Source of the DNA: Alphaproteobacteria bacterium | GTDB taxonomy: Bacteria; Pseudomonadota; Alphaproteobacteria; DATDPM01 | Assembly: GCA_036475545.1 (NCBI GenBank) | Contig: JAZGAE010000098.1 | Location: 1-51,693, forward strand | DNA length: 51,693 bases | Direction of reading: 5' to 3' | Shown here: in pieces, positions 13,258 to 22,925 of the stretch | How positions within the stretch are numbered: the first letter of the stretch is position 1 | Layout: each line of letters begins with the position of its first letter | Notes under the pieces: model-generated | What the model was told of the DNA's origin: nothing | The model's input: only the letters and a program-made list of their open reading frames with translations | Databases searched by the model: none | Program-made: the position numbers and the translations under genes

Positions 13258-14586
13258 ATGCCCATCAAGGTGCGGATGCCCTCCCTGTCGCCGACCATGA
13301 CCGAGGGCGCCATCATCAAATGGCACAAGAAGGAGGGCGACGAGGTCGCCGCCGGCGACGTGCTGGCGGAGATCGAGACCGACAAGGCGACCATGGAGTT
13401 GGAGGCCGTCGACGAGGGGCGCCTCGCCCGCATCGTGGTCCCCGCCGAGACGGCCGCCGTCCCCGTCAACAAGGTGATCGCCGTCCTGACGCAAGAGGGC
13501 GAGGACGAGGCGGCGCTGGAAGCCGCGTTGGCCGAGGAGGCGCCGGGCGCTCCGCCCACGCCGGCAAAGCCCGCGCCCGCGCCGCCGTCTAGGCCCAAGG
13601 CGAAGCCCGCGCCGCCGCCGCCGCGGCCGGCACCGGCGCCATCGCCTGCTCCTGCGGCTGTTGCACCGCCGCCTGCTCCCGCACCTTCGGCTCGCGTCGC
13701 GGCGAGTCCGCTGGCGCGGCGCATGGCCGCGGAAGCGGGGCTGGATTTGGGCCTGATCCGGGGCTCCGGGCCGAGGGGCCGCGTCGTCAAGGCCGATGTC
13801 GGGCAGGCGATCGCGAGCGGCGTGGCGGTGGCCGCGCCGGCCGCGGTGGCCGCGCCGGCGGCCGTGGAGGTCCCCGGGTCTGCGCCGTTCGTGGAGACGC
13901 GCTTGAGCCTAATGCGCAAGGCGATCGCCGAGCGCATGACGGAATCGAAGCGCGCCGCGCCCCACTTCTATCTCACCATAGACTGCGAGGTGGACGCCCT
14001 TCTGGAGATCCGCAACGAGATCAATAGCCGAAGCGGCGACCGCGAAGAAGAGGGCGGCGGGGTCAAGCTCTCCGTCAACGACTTCGTCATCCACGCCGTG
14101 GCCCTGGCGCTGAAGCAGGTGCCCGCCGCCAACGTGTCTTGGGCCGACGGTGGCTTGCGCCGGTACCAGCGGGCCGACGTCGCCGTCGCCGTCGCGGTGC
14201 CGGACGGTCTGGTGGCGCCCATCATCCGCGACGCCGGGGCCAAGGGCCTGGCCGTGATCTCGAGCGAGATGCGCGACCTTGCCGCCCGGGCCCGCGAGGG
14301 CAAGCTTAGTCCCGAGGAGTATCAAGGCGGGACCTTCACCGTCTCCAACCTCGGCATGTACGGGATCAAGGAGTTCGCCGCCATCCTCAACCCGCCCCAG
14401 GCGTGCATCCTGGCCGTCGGCCGGGCCGAGCCCAGAGCGGTGGTGAAAGACGGGGAGCTGGCCGTGGCCAACGTCATGACCTGCACGCTGTCGATCGACC
14501 ACCGCGCCGTGGACGGGGCGATCGGCGCCGAGTTCCTTGCGGCGTTCAGACGCTTCATCGAGTATCCCCCCACCATGTTGCTGTAG
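13258..14586 (+). CDS. pdhC: Dihydrolipoamide acetyltransferase (PDH E2)
   Basis: Lipoyl domain, ASPLARR E3-binding domain, SNLGMYG, DHRAVDG. Confidence 0.97.
   Translation: MPIKVRMPSLSPTMTEGAIIKWHKKEGDEVAAGDVLAEIETDKATMELEAVDEGRLARIVVPAETAAVPVNKVIAVLTQEGEDEAALEAALAEEAPGAPPTPAKPAPAPPSRPKAKPAPPPPRPAPAPSPAPAAVAPPPAPAPSARVAASPLARRMAAEAGLDLGLIRGSGPRGRVVKADVGQAIASGVAVAAPAAVAAPAAVEVPGSAPFVETRLSLMRKAIAERMTESKRAAPHFYLTIDCEVDALLEIRNEINSRSGDREEEGGGVKLSVNDFVIHAVALALKQVPAANVSWADGGLRRYQRADVAVAVAVPDGLVAPIIRDAGAKGLAVISSEMRDLAARAREGKLSPEEYQGGTFTVSNLGMYGIKEFAAILNPPQACILAVGRAEPRAVVKDGELAVANVMTCTLSIDHRAVDGAIGAEFLAAFRRFIEYPPTMLL
13825..13860 (+). repeat. 18-bp tandem repeat x2 in PdhC linker
   Basis: GCGGTGGCCGCGCCGGC(C/G) twice (AVAAPA). 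Confidence 0.75.
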
Positions 14587-14597
14587 GGGAGGGCCGG

Positions 14598-16013
14598 GTG
14601 CCGGAGACATCCTTCGACGTGGTCGTGGTAGGCGGCGGGCCCGGCGGTTACGTCGCCGCGATCCGCGCTGCCCAGCTCGGCCTCAAGGCCGCCGTCGTCG
14701 AGCGCGAGCACCTGGGCGGCATCTGCCTCAACTGGGGCTGCATCCCCACGAAGGCGCTGCTGCGCGCCTCCGAGATCCACCACCTGCTCCACAACCTCGA
14801 CGAGTTCGGCTTCTCGGTCCGGGATGTGAGCTTCGACATGGCGCGCGTGGTGAGCCGCTCGCGCAAGGTCGCCAACCAGTTGAGCGCCGGCGTCGCCTTC
14901 CTCCTCAAGAAGAACAAGGTGCCCGTCTTCGACGGCCACGCCAGGCTGGCCGGCAAGACGGGCGACGGGCCCTGGACGCTCGAGGTCGAGCGGGAGGGCC
15001 AAGCCGCGGCCGCGCTTTCCGCCCGCCACGTGATCTTGGCCACGGGCGCCCGCGCCCGCACGCTGCCCGGGATAGAACCCGACGGCAAGCTGGTGTGGAC
15101 CTACAAGGAGGCCATGGTCCCCGAGGCCATGCCGAAGTCCGTCCTGGTGGTGGGGTCGGGCGCCATCGGAATGGAATTCGCGAGTTTCTACAGCGACATG
15201 GGGGCCGACGTGACCGTGGTGGAGATCCTGGACCGGATCCTGCCCGTGGAGGACGAGGAAATCTCGCATCTCGCCCGCACGATCTTCGAGAAGCAGGGGG
15301 TGAAGATCCACACGCTTGCCTCCGTCGAAGGGCTCAAGAAGGGCCGGAACAAGGTGACGGCCACGGTGGCCGCCAAGGACGAGGCCTTCGAGACGACGGC
15401 GGAGCGCGTGATCCTCGCCGTCGGCATCGTCGGCAACGTGGAGGACATCGGCATCGAGGGCACCGGCGTCCGGGTGGAGAACAGCCACGTCGTGGTCAAC
15501 CAATGGCTCGAGACGGACGAGCCCGGGGTGTATGCCATCGGCGACCTGGTCGGGCCGCCTTGGCTCGCCCACAAGGCGATGCACGAAGGGGTCGTCTGCG
15601 TGGAACGCATCGCCGGGGTCGGCGATGTCCATCCCCTCGATGTCTCCAAGGTTCCCAGCTGCACCTATTGCCGCCCGCAGATAGCCAGCGTCGGGCTCAC
15701 CGAGGCCGCGGCCAAGGAGCAGGGCCACGAGGTCCGGATCGGCCGCTTTCCCTATCTCGCCAACGGCAAGGCGCTGGCCATGGGCGAGCCGGAGGGCCTG
15801 GTCAAGACCGTGTTCGACAGGCACACCGGCGAGTTTTTGGGGGCCCACATGATCGGCGCCGAGGTCACCGAGCTCATCCAGGGATTTGCCATCGCCCGCG
15901 GGCTGGAGGCCACCGAGGCGGAGCTCATCGAGACCATCTTCCCGCACCCGACGCTCTCGGAGACGATGCATGAGTCGGTCCTTGACGCCTATGAGCGGAC
16001 CATACATTTCTGA
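14598..16013 (+). CDS. lpdA: Dihydrolipoamide dehydrogenase
   Basis: GTG start after GGAGG; GGGPGGY, CLNWGCIPTK, GSGAIG, HPTLSE. Confidence 0.97.
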   Translation: MPETSFDVVVVGGGPGGYVAAIRAAQLGLKAAVVEREHLGGICLNWGCIPTKALLRASEIHHLLHNLDEFGFSVRDVSFDMARVVSRSRKVANQLSAGVAFLLKKNKVPVFDGHARLAGKTGDGPWTLEVEREGQAAAALSARHVILATGARARTLPGIEPDGKLVWTYKEAMVPEAMPKSVLVVGSGAIGMEFASFYSDMGADVTVVEILDRILPVEDEEISHLARTIFEKQGVKIHTLASVEGLKKGRNKVTATVAAKDEAFETTAERVILAVGIVGNVEDIGIEGTGVRVENSHVVVNQWLETDEPGVYAIGDLVGPPWLAHKAMHEGVVCVERIAGVGDVHPLDVSKVPSCTYCRPQIASVGLTEAAAKEQGHEVRIGRFPYLANGKALAMGEPEGLVKTVFDRHTGEFLGAHMIGAEVTELIQGFAIARGLEATEAELIETIFPHPTLSETMHESVLDAYERTIHF

Positions 16014-16141
16014 CCTTGGGCGCGGCGTGCCGCCGCCTCGGCCCCGAGGCGGCGGTTACGAGCGGTTAACGAAGGTCCGGCTATGACCAAGGGAACCGGT
16101 AGGGTAAGGCCGACCGAAGGAGTGGAGGGCCGAAAGCGTCC

Positions 16142-17098
16142 ATGGTGACCAAGGTTCAAGACATCCGAGACGGCGCGCCGCCGCTGCCCAAGCCGCCGTG
16201 GATCCGGGTCAGGGCGCCGGTCTCACCGGCGTATCACGCGACCCGCCATCTCATGCGGGAGCTCGCGCTCAACACGGTGTGCGAGGAGGCGGCCTGCCCC
16301 AACATCGGCGAGTGCTGGGCCAAGGGCCACGCGACGGTGATGATCCTGGGCTCGGTGTGCACCCGGGCCTGCGCCTTCTGCAACGTCGCCACCGGGCGGC
16401 CCGATCGTCTCGACGCCGACGAGCCCGACCACCTGGCGGAGGCCGTGGCGCGGCTGGGCCTCGCCCATGTGGTGATCACCTCCGTCGACCGCGACGACCT
16501 GGACGACGGCGGGGCCGGGCAGTTCGCCCGCTGCATCGAGCGCATCCGCGAGACCTCGCCTACCACCACCATCGAGGCGCTGACCCCGGATTTCCTGAGG
16601 AAGGAGGGGGCCGTCGAGGCCGTGGTCGCGGCCGGGCCCGACGTCTACAACCACAATCTGGAGACCGTGCCGCGCCTTTACGGGGCGGTGCGCCGGGGCG
16701 CCCGGTACGATCACTCGCTGCGGCTGTTAGGCAGCGTCAAGGAGCTGGATCCGCGACTCTTCACCAAGTCCGGCATCATGGTCGGGCTGGGCGAGACGCG
16801 CGAGGAGGTGCTGAGGCTCATGGACGACCTGCGCTCGGAGGACGTCGACTTTCTCACCGTCGGCCAGTACCTTCGGCCGACGCCGCGCCACGTCGCGGTC
16901 GACCGTTACGTGACGCCGGCGGAGTTCGACGATTACCGCGAAATGGCGCTGGCCAAGGGCTTCCTCATGGTCTCGGCGTCCGCGCTGACGCGCTCGTCCT
17001 ATCATGCCGGCGACGATTTCGTGAGGCTCCGCGCGGCGCGCGAAGCGCTGTTCTTGGGTCCGAAGGGAAAAGTGGACGCGAAGGCCGTGTCGGGCTAG
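16142..17098 (+). CDS. lipA: Lipoyl synthase
   Basis: [20 protein letters not shown] radical-SAM motif, NHNLET, RSSY. Confidence 0.97.
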   Translation: MVTKVQDIRDGAPPLPKPPWIRVRAPVSPAYHATRHLMRELALNTVCEEAACPNIGECWAKGHATVMILGSVCTRACAFCNVATGRPDRLDADEPDHLAEAVARLGLAHVVITSVDRDDLDDGGAGQFARCIERIRETSPTTTIEALTPDFLRKEGAVEAVVAAGPDVYNHNLETVPRLYGAVRRGARYDHSLRLLGSVKELDPRLFTKSGIMVGLGETREEVLRLMDDLRSEDVDFLTVGQYLRPTPRHVAVDRYVTPAEFDDYREMALAKGFLMVSASALTRSSYHAGDDFVRLRAAREALFLGPKGKVDAKAVSG

Positions 17099-17361
17099 AG
17101 CACTATCCGACAAGGTGGAATCAATTTGATGGAGGCAAATCGGTTTTCCGGGCAGGCGCGGTGCGAAGCGCGATGTGGCGCATCGGGCGAGCGCCGCAAC
17201 GAACCCGGGGAGCCGATTTGCCCCACCGAAGGCCGGGTGCTATCGCGCCGTGGCGTCGTTGCGCATCTTTGCCGATGTCCCACATCGCCATGCGAAGCGC
17301 GCCTAGCCACGACGCAAATTCATCCCGGTCAAATGGTTCCACCTTGTCGGATAGTGCTCTA
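17096..17361. mobile_element. Complete 266-bp palindromic MITE-like element (family B)
   Basis: Terminal inverted repeats, 25 bp perfect (TAGAGCACTATCCGACAAGGTGGAA) and ~33 bp imperfect; internal inverted repeats; TA at both ends. Confidence 0.85.
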
Positions 17362-17382
17362 AGGCGGGGCGGGGGTGATGCG

Positions 17383-17871
17383 ATGCCGACACACGCCGAA
17401 AAACGGGTTCTCGCGTTTACCCCGAAACAGCTCTTCGACCTGGTCGCCGACGTGGACCGGTATCCGGAGTTCCTGCCCTGGTGCGTCGGGGCCAGGGTTT
17501 GGAAACGCGAGGGCAACGTCCTCCATGCCAACCTCATCATCGGTTACAAGGTGTTTCGCGAGCGGTTCACCTCGCGGGTCACGCTGACGCCCCCAAAACG
17601 GGACGCCTCGGGTCTCGAGAGGGGCGGGCGGGTCGATGTCGTCTATCTGGACGGGCCGTTCCGTTACTTGAACAACCACTGGATCTTCGAGCCGCGGGGC
17701 AAGGACGACTGCCTGATCGACTTCTTCATCGACTTCGAGTTCCACTCGAGGTTCCTGCAGATGGCAATGCACGGCGTGTTCAACGAGGCGGTGCAATACA
17801 TGGTCCGCGCTTTCGAGAAGCGCGCGCAGAACCTCTACGGCGCCAACGCGGTCGTCGCCGATCCCGCATAG
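17383..17871 (+). CDS. ratA: Coq10/RatA START-domain (SRPBCC) protein
   Basis: FDLVADVDRYPEFLPWC, GPFRYLNNHW, AFEKRA; usual neighbour of lipA. Confidence 0.9.
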   Translation: MPTHAEKRVLAFTPKQLFDLVADVDRYPEFLPWCVGARVWKREGNVLHANLIIGYKVFRERFTSRVTLTPPKRDASGLERGGRVDVVYLDGPFRYLNNHWIFEPRGKDDCLIDFFIDFEFHSRFLQMAMHGVFNEAVQYMVRAFEKRAQNLYGANAVVADPA

Positions 17872-18611
17872 AGGAAGACAACCACGAGCGAGGACACGTT
17901 GATGGTCGCGTGCGTGACCATCGGAGGCACGATCGACCCGCTCCGCTCGTAGAGATATGCCAACACGGCGCCGATCATGAATACCTGGAGCGCCGCCTGG
18001 ACGTTCATGTGCGCGACCGAAAAGATGGCGGCACTCGCCACGATACTTATCACGATCCCAAGCCTCTGGCGCAGCCAACCGTAGATCATGCCGCGAAACA
18101 GCACTTCCTCCGCCACCGGAACGAGAAGCCCGATGACGACGATGAAGCCGGCGGCCCCAAGCAACGTCGTGCCGTGCGGCGCGAGGAGGGCGGCGTATTG
18201 ATTCATTTGCGCGGCAGGGTCGATGATCGGGTTGATGGCATTGTTGATCGCCGCGCTCAATCCGAGGGACACGGGCGCCGCGGCGGCGGCGACGGTCACC
18301 CATTTGAGCGTGGTGGGCCGCACGCCCAAATCGCGCCAACTCAAGCCGCGCCGGCGGATCAGGAGGAAGTGCACGGTTATGAATACCGCCACCGGCTCGA
18401 GCACGAGCACGGCCACCAGAGCGGCGATCGAAAACCAGCCTCGTCCCTGTTGCGCTGCGAGAAACTTGTCGGTGGCGACAATGCCGTAGAAGAAGACCGC
18501 GCAGACCGCTCCGATGGCGAAGCCGACCAAAGCCACGTCGCGGCCACGGAGAACGCGTCTGCTTCTGTGGCAGCCGATGTCCACCCCTTGAGTCCTCCCT
18601 GTGAGGGCCAT
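17835..18611 (-). CDS. CPBP (CAAX/Abi) intramembrane metalloprotease
   Basis: Multiple TM helices; EEVLFRG, FSVAH, HATIN motifs; start uncertain. Confidence 0.88.
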   Translation of the reverse strand: MALTGRTQGVDIGCHRSRRVLRGRDVALVGFAIGAVCAVFFYGIVATDKFLAAQQGRGWFSIAALVAVLVLEPVAVFITVHFLLIRRRGLSWRDLGVRPTTLKWVTVAAAAAPVSLGLSAAINNAINPIIDPAAQMNQYAALLAPHGTTLLGAAGFIVVIGLLVPVAEEVLFRGMIYGWLRQRLGIVISIVASAAIFSVAHMNVQAALQVFMIGAVLAYLYERSGSIVPPMVTHATINVSSLVVVFLYAGSATTALAP

Positions 18612-18656
18612 GTGCGAGGCCGGGGGGGGCCGGTCCTCTCGGTACTTATTATCAGT

Positions 18657-18696
18657 TCTTAATCAAGTGTACCTGATCTTAGTCAAGTATACCTGA
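18657..18696. promoter_or_regulatory. 20-bp tandem direct repeat in AT-rich region upstream of CPBP gene (putative operator)
   Basis: TCTTAATCAAGTGTACCTGA / TCTTAGTCAAGTATACCTGA (18/20 identical). Confidence 0.55.
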
Positions 18697-18730
18697 TAAG
18701 TATAGTTAACGAGTATCTATTTTTGCGCTT

Positions 18731-19222
18731 TTATTCCGTTGCGGCGCGTCGGGCCAACTCCAACGCGGCGCCCACGGCCGCGAGCCGTATCGCACTCCTA
18801 TCGCCGGAGAACACGCGGCGCTCGTCGAGCACGCCGCCGCTCCGCCGGGCCGCCGCGAAGTGGACCAGCCCGACCGGCTTTTCCGGCGTGCCTCCGCCGG
18901 GGCCCGCGATGCCGGTCACCGACACGCTCACGTCGGCGCCTGTTCTCGCCATGGCGCCCGAGGCCATGGCGCGGGCCACTTCCGGGCTCACCGCCCCATG
19001 CTCGCGGATGAGACCCTCGTCCACGCCCAACTCGGTCACCTTGGCCCTGTTATCATAGGCGACGAACCCGCCGAAGAAAATATCCGAGGCGCCTGCGATC
19101 TCGGTGACGCAGCCGGCCACCAGCCCTCCGGTGCAGGATTCGGCCGTTACGAAGCGGAGACCGCGGTCGCGGAAATCCGCGATGAGCCCGCGCGCCTGTT
19201 CAAGTAAATTATTAGGGAACAT
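18731..19222 (-). CDS. cinA: CinA C-terminal family protein (PncC-like NMN deamidase)
   Basis: AESCTGG, GAVS, SVTGIAGPGGG, KPVGLV. Confidence 0.92.
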   Translation of the reverse strand: MFPNNLLEQARGLIADFRDRGLRFVTAESCTGGLVAGCVTEIAGASDIFFGGFVAYDNRAKVTELGVDEGLIREHGAVSPEVARAMASGAMARTGADVSVSVTGIAGPGGGTPEKPVGLVHFAAARRSGGVLDERRVFSGDRSAIRLAAVGAALELARRAATE

Positions 19223-19718
19223 TGCTAATACTATGAGAGTAATAGTATATTAACCACAAGCCAACCGCCGCATAGAGGCCGGCCAGGATGTCGTCCACCA
19301 TTACGCCGAGCGGTCCCTCGATGGCGCGCTCGGCCCAGTCGATCGGCCAGGGTTTCATGATATCGAAAAATCGGAACAGAACGAACCCGGTCCCGTAGAA
19401 CAGGGGGTCCGGCGCCACCGCCGTGAGGGCGAGCCATTGGCCGGCGACCTCGTCGATGACGATGAAGCCGGGATCGCCGTCGGCCCCCTTTTGGGCTAGG
19501 GCCGCGCAGGCCCACCAGCCCAGGAAGAAGGCGAGGGCGCTGGCGGCGGCGAGGCCGAGAGGGCCGAGGGCCTCATAGATCAGCCAGGCGCAGGGCAGGG
19601 CCGCCAACGAGGCCCAGGTTCCCGGCATTTTCGGCAGCAAACCCGTGCCGAACCAGGTCGCGATCAGCGTGGCCGGGTGCCAGAAGGAAATCCCTTGCGG
19701 AAGGCGCCGTTCGGTCAT
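19212..19718 (-). CDS. pgpA: Phosphatidylglycerophosphatase A
   Basis: [39 protein letters not shown]. Confidence 0.93.
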   Translation of the reverse strand: MTERRLPQGISFWHPATLIATWFGTGLLPKMPGTWASLAALPCAWLIYEALGPLGLAAASALAFFLGWWACAALAQKGADGDPGFIVIDEVAGQWLALTAVAPDPLFYGTGFVLFRFFDIMKPWPIDWAERAIEGPLGVMVDDILAGLYAAVGLWLIYYYSHSISNVP

Positions 19719-20890
19719 TGTGCGGCGATCGGGAGCCGCACGGCCGCCACCGCCTGGGCGGCGATGCCTTCGCCGCGGCCCGTGAAGCCCATCTCCTCGG
19801 TGGTGGTGGCCTTGACGCTGACCCGGTCGCGGGGAACCCCCAGGATTTCCGCGATGCGCGCGATCATGGCGTCGCGATGGGGGTCGATTCTCGGGCTTTC
19901 GCAGATCAGCGTCAGGTCGAGATTGACGATCCGGCCGCCGCGGGCGGCGACGAGCTCGCCGGCGAAGCGGAGGAAACCGTCGGAAGATGCCCCGCGCCAT
20001 TTGGGGTCGCTCGGCGGGAAGTGGCGGCCGAGGTCGCCGGCGCCGATCGCCCCCAGGAGCGCGTCGGTCAGGGCGTGGAGGCCCACGTCGGCGTCGGAAT
20101 GGCCGCTGAGCGCCTGCTCGTGGGGAATGCGGAGCCCGCAAAGCCAGACGTGATCGCCGGGGCCGAATCGGTGCGCGTCAAAGCCCATGCCCACCCTGAG
20201 CTCCCCGGCGGACGCGGCGGCCAGCCGTTCGGCGCGGCGGAAGTCCTCCTCCGTCGTCACCTTGATATTCTCCTCGCTGCCTGCGACCAGGACCAGCGGC
20301 AGCCCGGCCTGCTCCGCTACCGCGGCGTCGTCGGTGAACTCGGCGCCGCTGTCGGCCTTCCAGGCGGCGCGGTGGGCCTTCAGAATCTCCGCGAAGCGGA
20401 AGCCCTGGGGCGTCTGGGCCCGCCACAGCCCGGCGCGCGCGACGGTGGCCTCGATCCGCCCCTCGGCGCCGCGTTTGAGGGTGTCGGTGACGGGAAGGGC
20501 GGCGATCGCGCCGGGGGCCTCGTCGAGGGCGGCAAGCACCCGGTCGATGATGTCCGCCGTGACCAACGGCCGGGCTCCGTCGTGAATGAGGACGCGCTCC
20601 GGGGCGCTGGTTTCCAGGCTTTCGAGGCCCCTGAGAACGGATTCCCGCCGCGTCGCCCCGCCGGCAACCGGGGGGAGGACGTCGAGCCCGGCCGAGGCGG
20701 CATCGAAGAGCGCCCGGTCATCGGGGCGGATGACCGCGGTGACCGCGTCGATCCCGTCATGGGAGAGAAAGGCGCTCAGGCTCCGCCGCAGCATCGGCTG
20801 GCCGCCCAGGGGCAAATATTGTTTGGGCGTCTCGCCGCCGATCCGGCGGCCGCGGCCGGCGGCGACGACAAGAGCCACGGTCCCAGGCAT
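19715..20890 (-). CDS. ispDF: Bifunctional IspD/IspF
   Basis: AAGRGRR, PKQY, IHDGARP, AQTPQ then GFDAH, GHSDADV, KATTTE. Confidence 0.96.
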   Translation of the reverse strand: MPGTVALVVAAGRGRRIGGETPKQYLPLGGQPMLRRSLSAFLSHDGIDAVTAVIRPDDRALFDAASAGLDVLPPVAGGATRRESVLRGLESLETSAPERVLIHDGARPLVTADIIDRVLAALDEAPGAIAALPVTDTLKRGAEGRIEATVARAGLWRAQTPQGFRFAEILKAHRAAWKADSGAEFTDDAAVAEQAGLPLVLVAGSEENIKVTTEEDFRRAERLAAASAGELRVGMGFDAHRFGPGDHVWLCGLRIPHEQALSGHSDADVGLHALTDALLGAIGAGDLGRHFPPSDPKWRGASSDGFLRFAGELVAARGGRIVNLDLTLICESPRIDPHRDAMIARIAEILGVPRDRVSVKATTTEEMGFTGRGEGIAAQAVAAVRLPIAAQ

Positions 20891-21027
20891 TGCACATCCC
20901 GTATCGGTGCTGGTGGTAGCGTCGGCTCAACCTAGACGCCGCAGCGGCGCTTGCCAAGGGGCCCGGACGGGCAGGCGCTCGCCCCCGAAAGCCCCCAAAA
21001 TCGGGCAACGATGATATAGTCGCTCCC

Positions 21028-21828
21028 ATGCCCGGCACCCTGGCATACAGCCTCGCCGCCGTCGCAACGCTGGTTCCGGCGTGCGTCCATTCCGTGACAT
21101 CGCCGAAGCGGCGGGACCTGGTCTTCTGGTCGGTGATCCTGGTCGCCGTCGTAGGCACCGGCGCTTGGACCGCGCTTCAAGTGGTGGCTAGCTGGGACAC
21201 TGGCCTTTCGCTCGCGCTCTGGGTCACGGTCTCGGCCAGCATGCTTCTTTTCGCGGTGCTCTCGGCGCTCACCCGCGAGGCCTGGCGGCTCGCGGTGCTG
21301 CTGCTGCCGTACCTGCTTGTGCTGGCGCTCCTGGCGACGGTCTGGCAGGAGGCGCCGGTGGAGCCGCTCGTTGGCGCCGGGCCGTCCGCCTGGGTGGGCT
21401 CGCACATCGTGCTCTCGGTGGGGGCGTACGCGCTGCTCACCGTGGCCGCGGTCGCGGGGCTCGCCGTCTTCCTGCAGGAGCGGGCGCTGAAGGCCAAGCG
21501 GCGCACGGCCCTCACCGGAATGCTCCCCTCGGTGGCCGCCAGCGAGGTCCTTCAGGTGCGGCTGTTGACGGGTTCCGCCGCCCTGCTGACCCTCGGACTC
21601 TTGAGCGGGATGGGGACCCAATTTTACGAAACCGGCACGGTGCTGGAGTTCGATCACAAGACCCTGTTCTCGCTGTTGACCTTCGCCGTCATCCTGGGGC
21701 TCTTGATCGCCCATTACCGGACCGGCGTGCGCGGGCGCCGCGCGGCGCGCTTCGTGCTGCTCGCCTATCTCTTGCTGACCTTGGCTTACCCCGGGGTCAA
21801 GTTCGTCACCGACGTGCTTCTCGCCTGA
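21028..21828 (+). CDS. Cytochrome c assembly protein family membrane protein (YpjD/CcsA-like)
   Basis: About 8 TM helices; conserved His (SHIVLS), QERALK, HKTLFS, LAYPGVKFV C-terminus. Confidence 0.8.
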   Translation: MPGTLAYSLAAVATLVPACVHSVTSPKRRDLVFWSVILVAVVGTGAWTALQVVASWDTGLSLALWVTVSASMLLFAVLSALTREAWRLAVLLLPYLLVLALLATVWQEAPVEPLVGAGPSAWVGSHIVLSVGAYALLTVAAVAGLAVFLQERALKAKRRTALTGMLPSVAASEVLQVRLLTGSAALLTLGLLSGMGTQFYETGTVLEFDHKTLFSLLTFAVILGLLIAHYRTGVRGRRAARFVLLAYLLLTLAYPGVKFVTDVLLA

Positions 21829-21938
21829 AACGGGCCGTTTTCGCCCGGCGGTGCCGTTGGCGGGCGCGGGGTTGAACCGCCGCGGACGGCGGGGTACATT
21901 GCCCAAAATATAATCACCATCTCCATAGAGCCTGAAAA

Positions 21939-22925
21939 ATGGGCATTCAGATCGGGCCGATGCGTTTGGAAAACCAGGTCTTGCTGGCCCCCATGTCGGG
22001 AGTCACGGACCTGCCGTTTCGCCGCCTTGCGCGGCGAAGCGGGGCCGCGCTTGTGATCTCCGAGATGATCGCCAGCGAGTCGATGATCCGTCACACCCGG
22101 CGGGCCATGCGGAAGGCCAGCGGTTGCCCCGAGGAGTACCCCGGGGTGGTCCAGCTCGCGGGATGCGAGCCCCGGGCCATGGCCGAGGCCGCCGTTCTCA
22201 ACCGCGACCGCGGTGCCGACATCATCGACATCAACATGGGCTGTCCCGTCAAGAAGGTGGTGAACGGCCATGCCGGCTCCGCGTTGATGAGGGATGAACG
22301 CCATGCGGCCGAAATCATCGAGGCCACGGTCGAGGCGGTGGACGTGCCGGTCACGCTCAAGATGCGCACCGGATGGGACGAGAACAGCCGCAACGCGCCC
22401 AGGCTCGCCCGCATCGCCGAAGAGTGCGGCATCAAGATGATCACGGTCCACGGCCGCACCCGTTGCCAGATGTACCGGGGCCGCGCCGATTGGCGGTTCA
22501 TCCAGGAGGTGAAGGCGGCGGTGGGTATCCCGGTGGTGGCCAACGGCGACATCACCACGGTGGAGGAAGCCGAAGCCTGCCTCTGCGAATCGGGGGCCGA
22601 CGGCGTGATGATCGGCCGCGCCACCTTTGGCCGGCCATGGTTCCTTAAGCAGGTCGCTCACTTCCTCGAGACCGGCGAGAAGCTGCCAGATCCGCCGCTC
22701 GAGCGCCAGTACCGGACGCTGCTCGGTCATTACCAGGACATCCTCGTCCATTTCGGCGAGGAAGCCGGCGTGCGCATCGCGCGCAAGCACGTCGGGTGGT
22801 ACAGCAAGGGGCTGCCCCACTCGGCGGAGTTCCGCGCCGAGGTGAACCGGATCGCGGACGCCGAAGAGCTGCGCGAGAAGATCCGCGGCTTTTACGAGCC
22901 GTTGATCGAAGGCTTGGCGGCGTGA
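21939..22925 (+). CDS. dusB: tRNA-dihydrouridine synthase (NifR3)
   Basis: [31 protein letters not shown]. Confidence 0.95.
   Translation: MGIQIGPMRLENQVLLAPMSGVTDLPFRRLARRSGAALVISEMIASESMIRHTRRAMRKASGCPEEYPGVVQLAGCEPRAMAEAAVLNRDRGADIIDINMGCPVKKVVNGHAGSALMRDERHAAEIIEATVEAVDVPVTLKMRTGWDENSRNAPRLARIAEECGIKMITVHGRTRCQMYRGRADWRFIQEVKAAVGIPVVANGDITTVEEAEACLCESGADGVMIGRATFGRPWFLKQVAHFLETGEKLPDPPLERQYRTLLGHYQDILVHFGEEAGVRIARKHVGWYSKGLPHSAEFRAEVNRIADAEELREKIRGFYEPLIEGLAA

Noticed and set aside
17095-17362. Short ORFs on both strands ending PPCRIVL
   Set aside because: A by-product of the element's terminal inverted repeats.
17383-17871. RatA as part of a toxin-antitoxin system
   Set aside because: No ratB partner; the family is the Coq10-like quinone-binding protein and sits in housekeeping context.
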